Position numbers and translations under genes: made by a program. This document shows, piece by piece, positions 17,530 to 28,220 of a DNA stretch of 64,000 nucleotides. How positions within the stretch are numbered: the stretch's first letter is position 1; every line of letters starts with the position of its first letter. The notes under the pieces were generated by a model. It saw only the letters and a program-made list of their open reading frames with translations, was not told the origin of the DNA and made no database searches. Origin of the DNA: an uncultured Actinomycetes bacterium (GTDB lineage: Bacteria; Actinomycetota; Thermoleophilia; UBA2241); assembly GCA_963725665.1 (NCBI GenBank), contig CAVRZA010000004.1:1-64000 (forward strand), read 5' to 3'.

Positions 17530-19944
17530 TCACGCCGACAGCGCGTGCGCGACGTGCCCGTGCTGGGTAGCGGCGTGCAGGTCCTGCTCGTCCTGATCGG
17601 AGAGGTGCGGCTTGACGTCGAACACCACCTTCTTCACGGTCCCCGTGAACGCGAACGGCTTCTTGCTGTCATAGCCACGATCGACCACGCCACCGTTGTC
17701 GCGGCCGATGTCCATGCCGGCGTAGCCGGAGAACCGGACCGGCACGGTGTGGTCCATCCGCCCTTTGCCCACCGGTCGGTCGTCGATGAACAGGGTCACC
17801 TCGCCTCCGGTGGCGGGCTTGGGAGCGTCCGCGGCGAACTCCATCCGCACCGTCACGTCTCCCTCGGGCAGCGGCTGGTCGGCGACCTGCCGATAGACGA
17901 AGACGCCCATCATCGAGTAGGTGTGGGTCAGCTTGCCGTCCTGGACGAAGAGCGAGAACCCACCCAGGTGATCGGCCTCCGCCACGATGACGCCCTCGGC
18001 GCCACCCTCGGGCACCACCAGATCGGCGCTGATCGCATAGGAGTGGTTGTAGATGCGCGGGATCATCCCCGACAGCACGTTCTGCACGTCGCCCCTGAAC
18101 TCGAGCTTGGTGATGTCGGGCAGCGGCGGCAGCATGCCGAAGAAGGTGGATAGCGTCCCAAGCAGCGGCAGTACCTTGTATCGCTCGGCCTCGTGCCAGA
18201 ACAGCTCCTTGAGCTCCTCGACCTTCTCAGGATGCTCGGGCGCCAGATCCTTCGCCTGCGTGAAGTCGTCCGGCAGGTAGTACAGCTCGACAGGATCGGC
18301 GTCGGGGTCCCACACTCCAGGGGCGTAGGGTTTGAGCGCTTCGGGAGTGATGACCCACGGGATGCGCTCGGTCCTCGCCGCCAGCCACCAGCCGTCCTTG
18401 TACATCGCCCGGTTGCCGATGGTCTCGAAGTACTGCTGCGTGCGATGCTCGGGCGCGGCCGCATCGGTGAGGCCCTTGGTGAAGGGCTTGCCGTGCATCG
18501 GTTCCTGCTCGATGCCGTCGACGTGGGTCGGCTCCGGGATGCCCGCGATGTCGAGTATGGTCGGGGCGACATCGATCACGTGGGTGAACTGCGAGCGGAG
18601 AGCGCCCGCGTCGGTGATCCGCGCCGGCCAGCGGACTACCAGCGGGTTCCGGGTGCCACCGAGGTGCGAGCCGACCTGCTTGCCCCACTTGAACGGGGTG
18701 TTGCCGGCCCATGCCCAGGCCGCGCCGTAGTGCGGATCCATGAGGGGGCCGCCCCAGGCCTGCATTCCACCGTATCGCTCCGTGAGCTGCAACTGCATCT
18801 CGTCGGTCAACGGGATGCCGTTCTGCATGGTCATCTCGTTGAACGAGCCGGTGATCGTGCCCTCCATGCTGGCGCCGTTGTCACCCCAGATCCAGAGGAT
18901 CAGCGTGTTCTCCAGCTCGCCCAGCTCCTCGATCGCGTCGATCACGCGGCCGACGTTGTGGTCGGCGTTCTCCGAGTAGCCGGCGTAGACTTCCATCTGA
19001 CGCGCGTAGAAGGGCTTCAGGTGTCGAGGCACGTCGTCCCAGGCGGGAAATGCCTCGTGGCGCGGCGTCAACTCGGCGTCGGCCGGAATGACTCCGAGTG
19101 CCTTCTGTCGGGCGAAGGTCTCCTCGCGGAGCTTGTCCCAGCCCTGGTCGAACTTCCCCTTGTACCTGTCGGCCCACGCCTGGGCAACGTGGTGCGGCGC
19201 GTGGCTGCAGCCCGTCGAGAAGTAGATGAAGAACGGCTTCTTCGCGTCCTGGGCCCGCACGCCGTGGAGCCACTCGAGCGTCTTGTCGGCCATGGCATCC
19301 GGAAGGTAGTAGGGGTTTTCCTCGTCGTAGAACTCCGGCGCCGTCCCGATGATCTTCTGGTTCTCCGCCAGGCACGGGTCCCACTGACTGGCGTCGCCGC
19401 CGAGGAAGCCGTAGAAGTAGTCGAACCCCCAACCGTTCGGCCAGCGGTCGAACGGTCCGGCCGGGCCCTGCTGCCCGTCGGGAGTAAGGTGCCACTTGCC
19501 GAAGGCCGCGGTGCTGTAGCCGTTGTCTCTCAAGATGCGTGGCAGCGGCGCACAGTCCCGCGGAAGAGTGGCGGAGTAGCCCGGGAAACCCCCCGCGAAC
19601 TCGCCTACGGAGCCGAAGCCTACGGCGTGGTTGTTGCGCCCGGTCAGCAGCGCCGCCCGGGTAGGCGAGCATAGCGCCGTGACGTGGAACCGGTTGTACC
19701 GAAGGCCCTCCTCGGCCAGCCGCGTGTAGTTCGGCGTGCTGATGGGACCGCCGAACGTGCTCGGGTTCCCGAAGCCCGCGTCGTCGATGAGGACCAGCAG
19801 CACGTTCGGGGCGCCGTCTGGCGGCGTCGGGTGCCCGATCAGGTTCCAGTCGGGCTGCGAACCTTCGAGCGTTCTGTTTGCTACCCCCCGAAACGGCGCC
19901 CGTCGGATCGGGAGCCTGGAACGGTCGATCGCCGCCATTGTCAC
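17530..19944 (-). CDS. Arylsulfatase (Cys-type, AtsB/AtsD-like)
   Basis: PNVLLVLIDDAG, formylglycine motif CSPTRAALLTGR, GYSTAAFGKWHL, GDNGAS; no signal peptide. Confidence 0.93.
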   Translation of the reverse strand: MTMAAIDRSRLPIRRAPFRGVANRTLEGSQPDWNLIGHPTPPDGAPNVLLVLIDDAGFGNPSTFGGPISTPNYTRLAEEGLRYNRFHVTALCSPTRAALLTGRNNHAVGFGSVGEFAGGFPGYSATLPRDCAPLPRILRDNGYSTAAFGKWHLTPDGQQGPAGPFDRWPNGWGFDYFYGFLGGDASQWDPCLAENQKIIGTAPEFYDEENPYYLPDAMADKTLEWLHGVRAQDAKKPFFIYFSTGCSHAPHHVAQAWADRYKGKFDQGWDKLREETFARQKALGVIPADAELTPRHEAFPAWDDVPRHLKPFYARQMEVYAGYSENADHNVGRVIDAIEELGELENTLILWIWGDNGASMEGTITGSFNEMTMQNGIPLTDEMQLQLTERYGGMQAWGGPLMDPHYGAAWAWAGNTPFKWGKQVGSHLGGTRNPLVVRWPARITDAGALRSQFTHVIDVAPTILDIAGIPEPTHVDGIEQEPMHGKPFTKGLTDAAAPEHRTQQYFETIGNRAMYKDGWWLAARTERIPWVITPEALKPYAPGVWDPDADPVELYYLPDDFTQAKDLAPEHPEKVEELKELFWHEAERYKVLPLLGTLSTFFGMLPPLPDITKLEFRGDVQNVLSGMIPRIYNHSYAISADLVVPEGGAEGVIVAEADHLGGFSLFVQDGKLTHTYSMMGVFVYRQVADQPLPEGDVTVRMEFAADAPKPATGGEVTLFIDDRPVGKGRMDHTVPVRFSGYAGMDIGRDNGGVVDRGYDSKKPFAFTGTVKKVVFDVKPHLSDQDEQDLHAATQHGHVAHALSA

Positions 19945-20507
19945 CCTCCTGTCGTGTAGTGCCAGGCTTTCCCGGCACTCGCCTCGCGTGCTCCCCGACG
20001 TGAAGACTAGGGGCTGCCCGGCCGTGGCCGGGCAGCGTGACGTCGAAGCCGTATGCTACCGGCCGGTTACACCTTCAGTAAACGTTTGTGTTGCCGAATA
20101 GCACGCTGTGCTTCGCCGTGCCCCGGTGACGCCACCAGCGGCGGGGCGCATAGAGCAGGGGACACGCGCAGGCCGACCAGTGCACCGAGGCGGCCGCTCT
20201 CAGGTCCCAGTCCGCGTCGCAGCACGGAAGAACTCCTGCGTCGTTACGGTCCGCACCCCCTGAGCGGCTACGCCTTACCGGACGGTACGGACCGCCACAT
20301 CCTGGGTCGCGGCTGAACTGGGGGCACCAGTGGCCCCCGAAGTGACCGTAGGGTGACCAAGAAGAGTAATGTAGGCGCAGGGAGAAGGCGCGTTGCCCAG
20401 GGCAAGGCCGGTTGGGCAAGGCGGTGGCACTGGCGGGCCGGCTCTCGTCGGCTGCCACGCCGTCGCGCGTCGGAGAAGCTAGTATCGCCCGCTTGGAGAC
20501 GAAGATT

Positions 20508-21176
20508 GTGACCAGGAAGCGCCAAGACAATGCGGACGCGAAGGATCTGGGGCCAACGCCGCGTCAGGGACCCCGCGGCGGCCGCGCGCTCGTCGAGGAG
20601 CGGGTTTTGATCGCGGCGCGAGAGCTGTTCGCGGAGAAGGAGTACCGCGAAGTGACCGTCCGCGAGATCGCCGCCCGAGCTGGGGTGAGCCACGCCCTGG
20701 TCCACCGCTACTTCGGCAGCAAACACGACATCCTGGTCGCGGTCTTCAGGTACGACGCGACGCCGATGGTCGCGACGGCTCAAAGCGGCGGGACCGCGCG
20801 CGGCACGGCCGTTGCCATGATGCGCGCCCTGCGCGCCCACAGGCGGGACTACCTGAAGCTCGTGACCAGGCTGGCACTGGATGGGACGCCCGTCGAGTCC
20901 GTGGGCCACGACTTCCCGGCGCTGCGGCTTTTCGCCCAGCAGCTGAAGAGCGAATCCGACGCCGAGGCTGTGCGGGCCGGGAGGCTGCCCGATCCCCGGG
21001 TCCTCGCTGCCGCCGCTACTGCCTTCGTGTACGGCTGGACCGCCCTCGAAGAGTGGCTGGTCGCCCTCCTCGGTCTTGCCGAGAGCGAGGAGGGGAGCAT
21101 CGAGGCATCCCTGGAGCTCGTGATGGGAGCCTTGATCGATGGAAGCCTGTCACCCTCCAGGGAGCGGGTTGACTAG
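20508..21176 (+). CDS. TetR/AcrR family transcriptional regulator
   Basis: AARELFAEKEYREVTVREIAARAGVSHALVHRYFGSK HTH; GTG start after GGAG; divergent from the sulfatase. Confidence 0.88.
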   Translation: MTRKRQDNADAKDLGPTPRQGPRGGRALVEERVLIAARELFAEKEYREVTVREIAARAGVSHALVHRYFGSKHDILVAVFRYDATPMVATAQSGGTARGTAVAMMRALRAHRRDYLKLVTRLALDGTPVESVGHDFPALRLFAQQLKSESDAEAVRAGRLPDPRVLAAAATAFVYGWTALEEWLVALLGLAESEEGSIEASLELVMGALIDGSLSPSRERVD

Positions 21177-21294
21177 AACGTTTGGCTGACGCTGATCTTC
21201 GCGTGCATGCTCGCCATCGACGGGTGAGCGTTCACATGTAGATGAAGGTGCCCTGCTTCTCGACGATCGAGCTGAAGCTCAAGAGGGCGTCGCA

Positions 21295-22725
21295 CTAGCG
21301 CGCATCAGGCTCGGGCTTCCGCTGGTTTGGGCGCTCCGTGCGCACGCCATTGCCGGGAAGGAACAGGGCGGCCGCAAGCCCGATGAGCCCTGCCACAGCC
21401 AGGGCGGCCATCGCCAGGGCGTACGACCGGTTGCCCGAGACGAGGTCGGACACGAGGATCGTGCCCGCGATCGCCGTGCCCAGCGACGAACCCAGGTTGG
21501 AGATGCTACGCGAGAGCCCCGAGATCTCACCCTGCTTCTCCTCGGGGAAGGCGGACTGCACGATGTTGACCGACGGTGTGAGCATGGTGCCCATGCCCAG
21601 GCCGATCAAGAAGAGCCCGGGCAGGAAGGCGACGACGCTGGACCAGGCGCTGACGAGACCGATCAGAAGCACGACGCCCGCGACCGTAACGACGAAGCCA
21701 GCCCAGATCAGGCTCCGCTGGGCGTATCGCTTCGCCAGGCGCTGCGCGGCGGACGATGAAAGCAGGATGCCGATCGTCGCCGCCGTGAACACGAGGCCGG
21801 TCTCGATGGCGCTGTAGCCGCGCACCACCTGGAGGAACACCGAGACGACGAAGGCGGTGCCCATCAGGACGAGCCACTGCACGTTCTGCGTCACGAGGCC
21901 GAGGTTCGACGTGCGGACGTGGAACAGCGCGGTTGACAGCAGCGGTTCCTTGCCCGCTCGCTCCATGGCGCGGATGTGGAGGAAGAACCAGGCGAGCACG
22001 GCCGCGCCGAACGCCAGGAAGGCCACCATGAGCAGACCGTTGCTGCCGGCCTGCAGGATGCCCACCACGACGAAGAAGAGCCCCATCGCCGAGAGGACGG
22101 CACCGAGGGTGTCGAAGGACCGTGTCTTGTCGGCCGGAAGGGGATCGATGATGCGCCGGCTGAGCACGATGATCGTCGCCACCACCGCGGCCTGCAGGAG
22201 GAAGGACGCCCGCCAGCTGATCGTCGTGGTGATGAGTCCGCCGATCAGCGGCCCGGCGGCGGCGCCGATGCCCGCCATGCCGTTGATGAGGCCGAACGCC
22301 CGGGCGCGGGAGGTCATGTCGGTGAAGAACATGGTGGCCAGGATGTAGACGGGGGGGATCAGCAGGGCCGTCCCCACGCCCTCGAGGACGGAGTAGCCGA
22401 CGATCAGCAAGCCGAGACCCTGGGCCAATGCGCCCAGTATCGCGCCGGTGCCGTAGATGCTGAGCCCCAGAATGAAGCAGCGCTTGCGGCCCCAGCGATC
22501 GCTCAACTTGCTGCCGGGGATCATGAGGGCCGCCATGATCAGCAGGAACAGAGTGATCGCCACCTGCACACCTTGCACGGTCGTGCCCAGGTCCTTGGCG
22601 ATGCTGTTGATGGCCACGTTCATGTTGGAGCCGGCGAAGCTGCAGATGAACTGGGCAAGGGCGAGGGGAAGGAGCATCTTCCTCGGCGAGAGGCTCGACC
22701 TTGCCACCGTGGGCGTCTCAGTCAC
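21295..22725 (-). CDS. MFS transporter, DHA2-like
   Basis: GSKLSDRWGRKR motif A, GPLIGGLIT, about 14 TM; related to the MFS at 164-1810. Confidence 0.9.
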   Translation of the reverse strand: MTETPTVARSSLSPRKMLLPLALAQFICSFAGSNMNVAINSIAKDLGTTVQGVQVAITLFLLIMAALMIPGSKLSDRWGRKRCFILGLSIYGTGAILGALAQGLGLLIVGYSVLEGVGTALLIPPVYILATMFFTDMTSRARAFGLINGMAGIGAAAGPLIGGLITTTISWRASFLLQAAVVATIIVLSRRIIDPLPADKTRSFDTLGAVLSAMGLFFVVVGILQAGSNGLLMVAFLAFGAAVLAWFFLHIRAMERAGKEPLLSTALFHVRTSNLGLVTQNVQWLVLMGTAFVVSVFLQVVRGYSAIETGLVFTAATIGILLSSSAAQRLAKRYAQRSLIWAGFVVTVAGVVLLIGLVSAWSSVVAFLPGLFLIGLGMGTMLTPSVNIVQSAFPEEKQGEISGLSRSISNLGSSLGTAIAGTILVSDLVSGNRSYALAMAALAVAGLIGLAAALFLPGNGVRTERPNQRKPEPDAR

Positions 22726-23292
22726 TTACGCTGTACCGCCTTCTTGCGGCCGTCGTTTCAGCGGGATGAATCGCGCGCTCAGGCCGTTGGCGGTGACTTC
22801 GACGATAGCCACTGTGGGGCCGTCGTCCTCTTCGTCGGGAGAACTCGCCGTGCCGGGGTTGAGGTGCAGCGCGCCGTCGACCCAAGCGGCAAAGGGCACG
22901 TGCAGGTGGCCCCAGACGACAAGGTCGGGGCGAGTGCCCGCGTCGCCGACGGAGATCTTGCCCGCCGCCAAGCGCTTGAGGAGGCGTCTGGGCTTGTGGG
23001 AGACGACGAAACGCACGCCGCCGATCTCGCCGGTCGCTTCGCGAGGCAGGTCCGCCGCGAGTGCACCGCTGTCGAGGTTGCCCGCCACCGCCGTGACCGG
23101 CGCGACATCTCTCAGGGCGGTGAGGATCTCGGGGTCCATGACGTCGCCGGCGTGGATGATGTGGGTCACGCCGGCGAAGATCTCGAGCACCTCGGGGTCG
23201 AGGTAGCCGTGGTTGTCGCTGATGATGCCGATGCGGAGGTGGGACGGAGCGTCTCCGCCGCCGATGTCAGCTCGGTCCGCGGTATTCGACAC
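22726..23292 (-). CDS. YfcE/MJ0936 family metallophosphoesterase
   Basis: IISDNHG, IIHAGD, VAGNLD, GHLHVP, LNPG. Confidence 0.88.
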   Translation of the reverse strand: MSNTADRADIGGGDAPSHLRIGIISDNHGYLDPEVLEIFAGVTHIIHAGDVMDPEILTALRDVAPVTAVAGNLDSGALAADLPREATGEIGGVRFVVSHKPRRLLKRLAAGKISVGDAGTRPDLVVWGHLHVPFAAWVDGALHLNPGTASSPDEEDDGPTVAIVEVTANGLSARFIPLKRRPQEGGTA

Positions 23293-23530
23293 GGCCGTCC
23301 TGCGGCGCTTCGGCGGCGCGCCTTGAGCCGGGGCGGCCCTGCTTCGCTTCGACTGCGCGTTTGATTCGCCTGCCACGACTGCTCCCTGACTGGCCCAACC
23401 AGTCCTCGTCACTCGTCAACAAGACCGGTGCGGCATCGCCCATAACGGTCTGCCGAGAGGTGACCGATTGTACGCCAACCATGCGCTCGAGCGTTTGCCG
23501 CATGGTCAGTAGTGAGGATAGTAGGATATA

Positions 23531-23558
23531 TTGACTTCCCCGCGGTGTCGCGTATAAG
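23531..23558 (+). promoter_or_regulatory. Putative sigma70-type promoter for the DUF1269 gene
   Basis: TTGACT-N16-TATAAG within an AT-rich patch in GC-rich DNA. Confidence 0.45.
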
Positions 23559-23643
23559 TAACCGCTCGGTAATTGGTCCGACGACGCATCGGCGCTCGGA
23601 TCGCGGATGATCCGGCCCCTCAGCGGGCCGGGAAGGAGAGTGC

Positions 23644-24156
23644 ATGAGCGAACTGATGGTACTGGGCTTCGAAAACGAGGCTGCCGCCGACGAGTTCGGG
23701 TTCAAGCTGCAGGGGATGCAAGCGCAAATGATCGTGCAGCTCGAGGACGCCTCCGAGGTGGTGCGGGACGCCGATGGCAAGCCGCACGTGAAGACTGGCA
23801 GCCACATCGTCGGCGCGGGCGCCATGGGCGGCGCCTTCTGGGGCATGCTCTTCGGCTTTCTGTTCTTCATGCCGTTCCTGGGCATGGCGATCGGCGCCGC
23901 TATGGGCGCCCTCTTCGGCAAGATGGGCAAGACCGGCATCGAGCAGAAGGTCCTGCAGCAGATGGGCGACGCGATCGGCCCCGGCCAGGCGGGCTGGTTC
24001 CTCCTGATCGGCCAGATGACCGAGGACAAGTTCCTCGCGGAGGTCGAGGGCACCCACGCACGCGTGGTGCGCACCAACCTCACCAAGGAGGAGGAGGAGC
24101 AGCTCAAGCACGCCTTCGGTGCGAAGCACCACAAGAAGGAGGAGGCGACGGCCTAG
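23644..24156 (+). CDS. DUF1269 domain membrane protein
   Basis: MSELMVLGF..LEDASEVVRDADGK..GAMGGAFWGMLFGFLFFMPFLGMAIGAAMGAL..RTNLTKEEE; GAAGGAG RBS. Confidence 0.88.
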   Translation: MSELMVLGFENEAAADEFGFKLQGMQAQMIVQLEDASEVVRDADGKPHVKTGSHIVGAGAMGGAFWGMLFGFLFFMPFLGMAIGAAMGALFGKMGKTGIEQKVLQQMGDAIGPGQAGWFLLIGQMTEDKFLAEVEGTHARVVRTNLTKEEEEQLKHAFGAKHHKKEEATA

Positions 24157-24192
24157 GGTCGCGCCAGTCATTCCTCGAGTGCGTGAGTCGCT

Positions 24193-24236
24193 GATGGGCG
24201 GCCGAGCCTTCAAGGCTCGGCCGCCCATCCTTCTTT
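24193..24236 (+). terminator. Intrinsic terminator hairpin between convergent genes
   Basis: Perfect 18-bp inverted repeat GATGGGCGGCCGAGCCTT-C-AAGGCTCGGCCGCCCATC followed by CTTCTTT. Confidence 0.8.
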
Positions 24237-24314
24237 GTAGGGGCTGCCGGGAAATCATCGGCTGTCTGCCTGAGAAGATGCGGCAAGTTCGGCGAGCGCG
24301 GGCGCGTGGCGCCG

Positions 24315-26051
24315 TCAAACCGGCGTGGGTGGGGTCGTATCCGGGGTGGGGAGCATGTCGTTGGTCGCCTCGAAGACGTTGCCGTGGATGTTCGATCTGC
24401 CGATCCGGTCAGCCACGCCGTCACGACGCAATACGTCTATCACGACCGGCTTCACGCGGGCGAGACGCAGCTCTATGGAATGCGCTCGAGCCAACTCCAG
24501 GATGTCGCCGACCTTCTCGGCCCCCTGCGAATCGATGTAGTCCACTCCTTCGAAGTCCAGGACCACTACGCGCAGCTTGGGGTCGGCCTGGTGGGCAAGC
24601 TCGCGCACCCGATCCTCGAGTGCGTTGGCGTCGATGAAGAAGAGCCCCGCGTCGAAGCCGAGCACGAGCAGGCCGGGGTAGGCCTCGCCGTCGGGACAAT
24701 CGTCTCGGCTGCGAAACACTTGAGTGCCGGGCTGGCGCACCAACACGGGCATCGCCGGGACGGAGGCGACGTAGACGAGCCAGCCGATCGACAGTGCGAT
24801 GCCGATGATCACACCGGCCAGGACCCCGGCGCTCAGCACTCCGAGGAGCGCGGCCGTGGCGATCCAGAAATCGAAGCGCTTCACGCGAAGCAGGCGGCGC
24901 ATGGCGGGCACGTCCATCATGCCAAACACCACGGCCTCGATGATGATCGCCCCCAGGACCGCCTCGGGCAGCTGGGAGAATAGCGGCGCGAGGAACAGCA
25001 GCGTCAAAATGATGACCCCACCGGTCGTCAGAGATGCCAACGGCGTCCTGGCGCCCGTCTGATCGTTGAGCGAGCTTGCAGAGAGGCTGGTCGAGACCGG
25101 GATGCCCTGCACCAGCCCGGAGCCCACGTTGGCCACGCCCTGGGCCAGCGACTCCTGGTTCACGTCGATCTGATAGCGGTGTCTGCCGGCGAACGTACGG
25201 GCATCCCCCGCCGTCTGTGAGAAGCCGATCATGAGGAGAGCGACGGCGGCCGTGAGGACGTCGGCCAGGTGGTCGGCGATATAGCCGAAGTTGGGGAGGA
25301 CGACGGGCGGCAACCCCCTGGGGACCTCACCTACAAGAGCCACGCCCCGGCCCTCGAGGCCGAGCAGCGCCGAGGCGAGCAGGCCCCCCACGACCAGGAC
25401 AAGCGCCCCGGGCACCTTGGGGGCCACGAATCGCAGGCCGAAGATCACCACCAGTGACACGACTCCGACGACGACGGTCGTCCCGTGGGTGTCGCCAAGG
25501 CTGCTGATCCAGCTCGCCAGCTTCTGCCAGCTGTTGTCGCCCGTGGCCTTGGTCCCTGTTATCTTGGCCAGCTCACCGATGGTGGTCTGGATGCCCGCGC
25601 CGAAGAGGAAGCCGACGATCACCGCCTTCGACAGGAACTGTGAGATCCAGCCCATCTTGAACACCGCGAGCAGTGCGAAGCACACCCCCGAAACGAAGGT
25701 GATCGACGCCACCATCGTCACGGCGTCCTTGCCGGAGGCGGCGGCGGCGAGGACCGCACCCGCGGCGACCGCCGACAGCGCGGCGCTCGGTCCTGTGGAG
25801 ATCTGGCGCGAGGTGCAGAACAGCGCGTACAGGATGGTGCCGGCTGCCGCCGCGTAGAGGCCGTACTGGATCGGGACTTGCGCGATGTCCGCATAGCCCA
25901 GCGCCTTGGGTACCACGAGCGCTGCGACCGTCAGGCCGGCGATCAGGTCTGGCCGCAGCCAGCCGCGCTGATACCGGGGCGCCCAACCCAGGATCGGGAT
26001 GGTGCGGGTGACCGCGGTCCTCTTTGCGTCACCGGTCTGCTCGTCCGTCAT
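24315..26051 (-). CDS. SulP family anion permease with STAS domain (close paralog of 1964-3694)
   Basis: Long identical peptide blocks shared with the 1964-3694 protein. Confidence 0.92.
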   Translation of the reverse strand: MTDEQTGDAKRTAVTRTIPILGWAPRYQRGWLRPDLIAGLTVAALVVPKALGYADIAQVPIQYGLYAAAAGTILYALFCTSRQISTGPSAALSAVAAGAVLAAAASGKDAVTMVASITFVSGVCFALLAVFKMGWISQFLSKAVIVGFLFGAGIQTTIGELAKITGTKATGDNSWQKLASWISSLGDTHGTTVVVGVVSLVVIFGLRFVAPKVPGALVLVVGGLLASALLGLEGRGVALVGEVPRGLPPVVLPNFGYIADHLADVLTAAVALLMIGFSQTAGDARTFAGRHRYQIDVNQESLAQGVANVGSGLVQGIPVSTSLSASSLNDQTGARTPLASLTTGGVIILTLLFLAPLFSQLPEAVLGAIIIEAVVFGMMDVPAMRRLLRVKRFDFWIATAALLGVLSAGVLAGVIIGIALSIGWLVYVASVPAMPVLVRQPGTQVFRSRDDCPDGEAYPGLLVLGFDAGLFFIDANALEDRVRELAHQADPKLRVVVLDFEGVDYIDSQGAEKVGDILELARAHSIELRLARVKPVVIDVLRRDGVADRIGRSNIHGNVFEATNDMLPTPDTTPPTPV

Positions 26052-26106
26052 GGCCGCCGCTCCCCTGCTGCGCGCCTGCACAAGGGCGTTGCCCGTCGGC
26101 TTCGAG

Positions 26107-27240
26107 TCATGCCAAGGCCACGCCTTCCGCTGCGTCTGACTGCTTTGGATCCGGCAAGTGCACCATACGAAACGCCTGCACCAGCCCGATAAGACTGGCG
26201 ATCAGAGGTACGAGCAGGGCCACTTGGAGCGCGATGGGCCTGGCTTCGGTGTTGATGCGGATGATCTCGTCCTGGATGGCCTGGGGTTGACCGGCCAGTT
26301 GCTGTGCGAGCGCGGTGTTGCTCATCACCTCGGCGTCCTCGTTCAGCACGTTGGCCACGTGTTGCTTGTCGGCCGGGGGCAGCACCTTGCTGTCGTTGGC
26401 CATGGTGGTGAAGGTGAAGGAGAGCGTCGCCAGCATGATGGCGCCGGCGAACGCCAGGCCAAACGACAGCCCGAACGACCCCGCCGCCGAGTTCACGCCG
26501 GCGGCCTCGCTGACCAGCTCCTCCGAGATCGGGGCCAGGGTGTAGTTGTTGAGTTGGGACACCAGCAGACCCAGCCCTGATCCGACGATCAGAAGCGGGA
26601 CCACGAGGTACCAGCCGGAGTGGACCCGCGGCACGAGGGGGATCAGCGCCAGGGTGCCCGCCGCCACGAGCGCGAAGCCCACCCGGATGATGCCGCTCGG
26701 GCGCCGCTTTCCCGCTCTCCTGCCGGCCAGCAACGCGATGCCGAACATGCTGAGCGAGAGCGGAGCCAAAGAGAGCCCCGCCTGCATGGCGTTGTACTCC
26801 AAGACCATCTGCAGGTAGATCGGCAGGGCGATCATCATGCCACCCAGGGAGACCTGCTGAAGCATCTGATCGGAGATCCAGAACCTGAAGCCCTTGGAGC
26901 TGAACAGGCCGGGGTCGATGAGCGCAGCCTTGCCGCGGCGTTTGCGGCGCACGAGCCAGTAGGTCAGTCCCGCCATGGCAGCAACGCCGAGGGCGAGAAG
27001 CGCAAGCACGGACTCGCCACTCTCCTGCCGCACGAGGATGCTCAGCACGATGCCGCCCATGGCAACTACGGAGAGTATGGCGCCTACCACGTCCACCTCT
27101 CGAGATCCCGTGTAGGGCACGTCGCGGACGAGTCTGATGCCCGACAGGACGACAGCGATGATGACGACCTCAAGCAGGAAGCCGACTCGCCAGGATAGGT
27201 AGGTGGTGATGAATCCCCCCAGAAGCGGCCCGACCGCCTC
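26107..27240 (-). pseudogene. MFS transporter, 5'-truncated (C-terminal portion only)
   Basis: Frame opens mid-protein at AVGPLLGGFITTYLSWRVGF; the first TM helices and motif A are absent. Confidence 0.75.
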
Positions 27241-27997
27241 GCGTGACCCCGCCGGCGGAGGGTAGCGTCCCGACTGTAGCCACGCCGTGCTCCGCGAGGC
27301 CGAAGGCGGCCGTCACAATCGTCGCCCCGGCGACGGCGATAAGCACCGCCGGCACGCGCCGTGTGAATCTGGGCAAGACAAGCAGAGCAGCCAAGGTCCC
27401 CAGTCCCAGTAGGAGCGTCGTCATGTTGGTCTCACCGAGACCGGCCAGAAAGGCCTTCACCTCGGCAAAGAAATGGTCGGCGTCCGTCGAGAAGCCGAAG
27501 AGCTTGGGCAGCTGGCCGACGACGATGGTGAGCGCCAGCCCGTTCATATAGCCGACTTGCACTTCCTTGGAGAGCAAATCGGCGACGAATCCAAGCTTGC
27601 CCAGGCCGAAGCCGATCTCGATGGCGCCGACCAGCAGGGCGAGCATGCCCGCCAAGGCGATCGCCGTCGCCGGGTCGTTGACCGCCGTGAGCGGCACTAT
27701 CGCGGCGAAGATCAAGGGGGAGACCGACGAGTCGGGGCCGAGCACAAGCACCCGCGACGGTCCTATGAGCGCGTACGCGACGAGGCAGGCGATGGTGGTG
27801 TAGAGGCCCGTCACGGGCGGGACCCCAGCGAGCTCGGCATAGGCCAGGCCCTGCGGCACGAGGATCGCCGCCAGCACGATGCCGGCGACCAGGTCGAAGC
27901 GCAGCCACGAGGCTTGGTACGACCTCAACATGCCGAGGCCGGGGACTGTTCTGTCGAGCCTGCCTTTGCTGGATTCTTTGCTCTTGGCCACCGCCAC
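27241..27997 (-). pseudogene. SulP permease, 3'-truncated (N-terminal ~245 aa)
   Basis: DLVAGIVLAAILVPQGLAYA..GVATVGTLP, then SulP homology stops abruptly; no STAS domain. Confidence 0.78.
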
Positions 27998-28220
27998 TTC
28001 TACCTCGCCCTTGTGCTGCGGCGGATGCTACCACGGCGACTCTCGACCCATCACCAGCGAAGGCGTTGCGGGCGACGGAGGCGACCGCCCATCTTTGTGC
28101 TGCGGCGGCGGACCAGTGTATGCTCTCCCCCGGACGGGACGGGTCATGGTGCCTGATGCGGCGTGCAGAGATCGAGCGCGGCACTCCTGATGGCTCGAGA
28201 CTCGGACGACGAACAGGGAC

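Noticed and set aside
18193-19674. Long antisense/alternate-frame ORFs (e.g. 493 aa here; also 4264-5535, 21976-23364, 60460-62022)
   Set aside because: These are shadow ORFs expected opposite high-GC3 genes, with no family motifs
19945-20507. Long intergenic region as an ncRNA or riboswitch
   Set aside because: Only generic GC hairpins; I found no recognisable motif and no third copy of the GAGCCTCCAG leader
21177-21294. Hydrophobic coding-like remnant after the TetR gene
   Set aside because: Interrupted by stops, has no start, and is too short to assign
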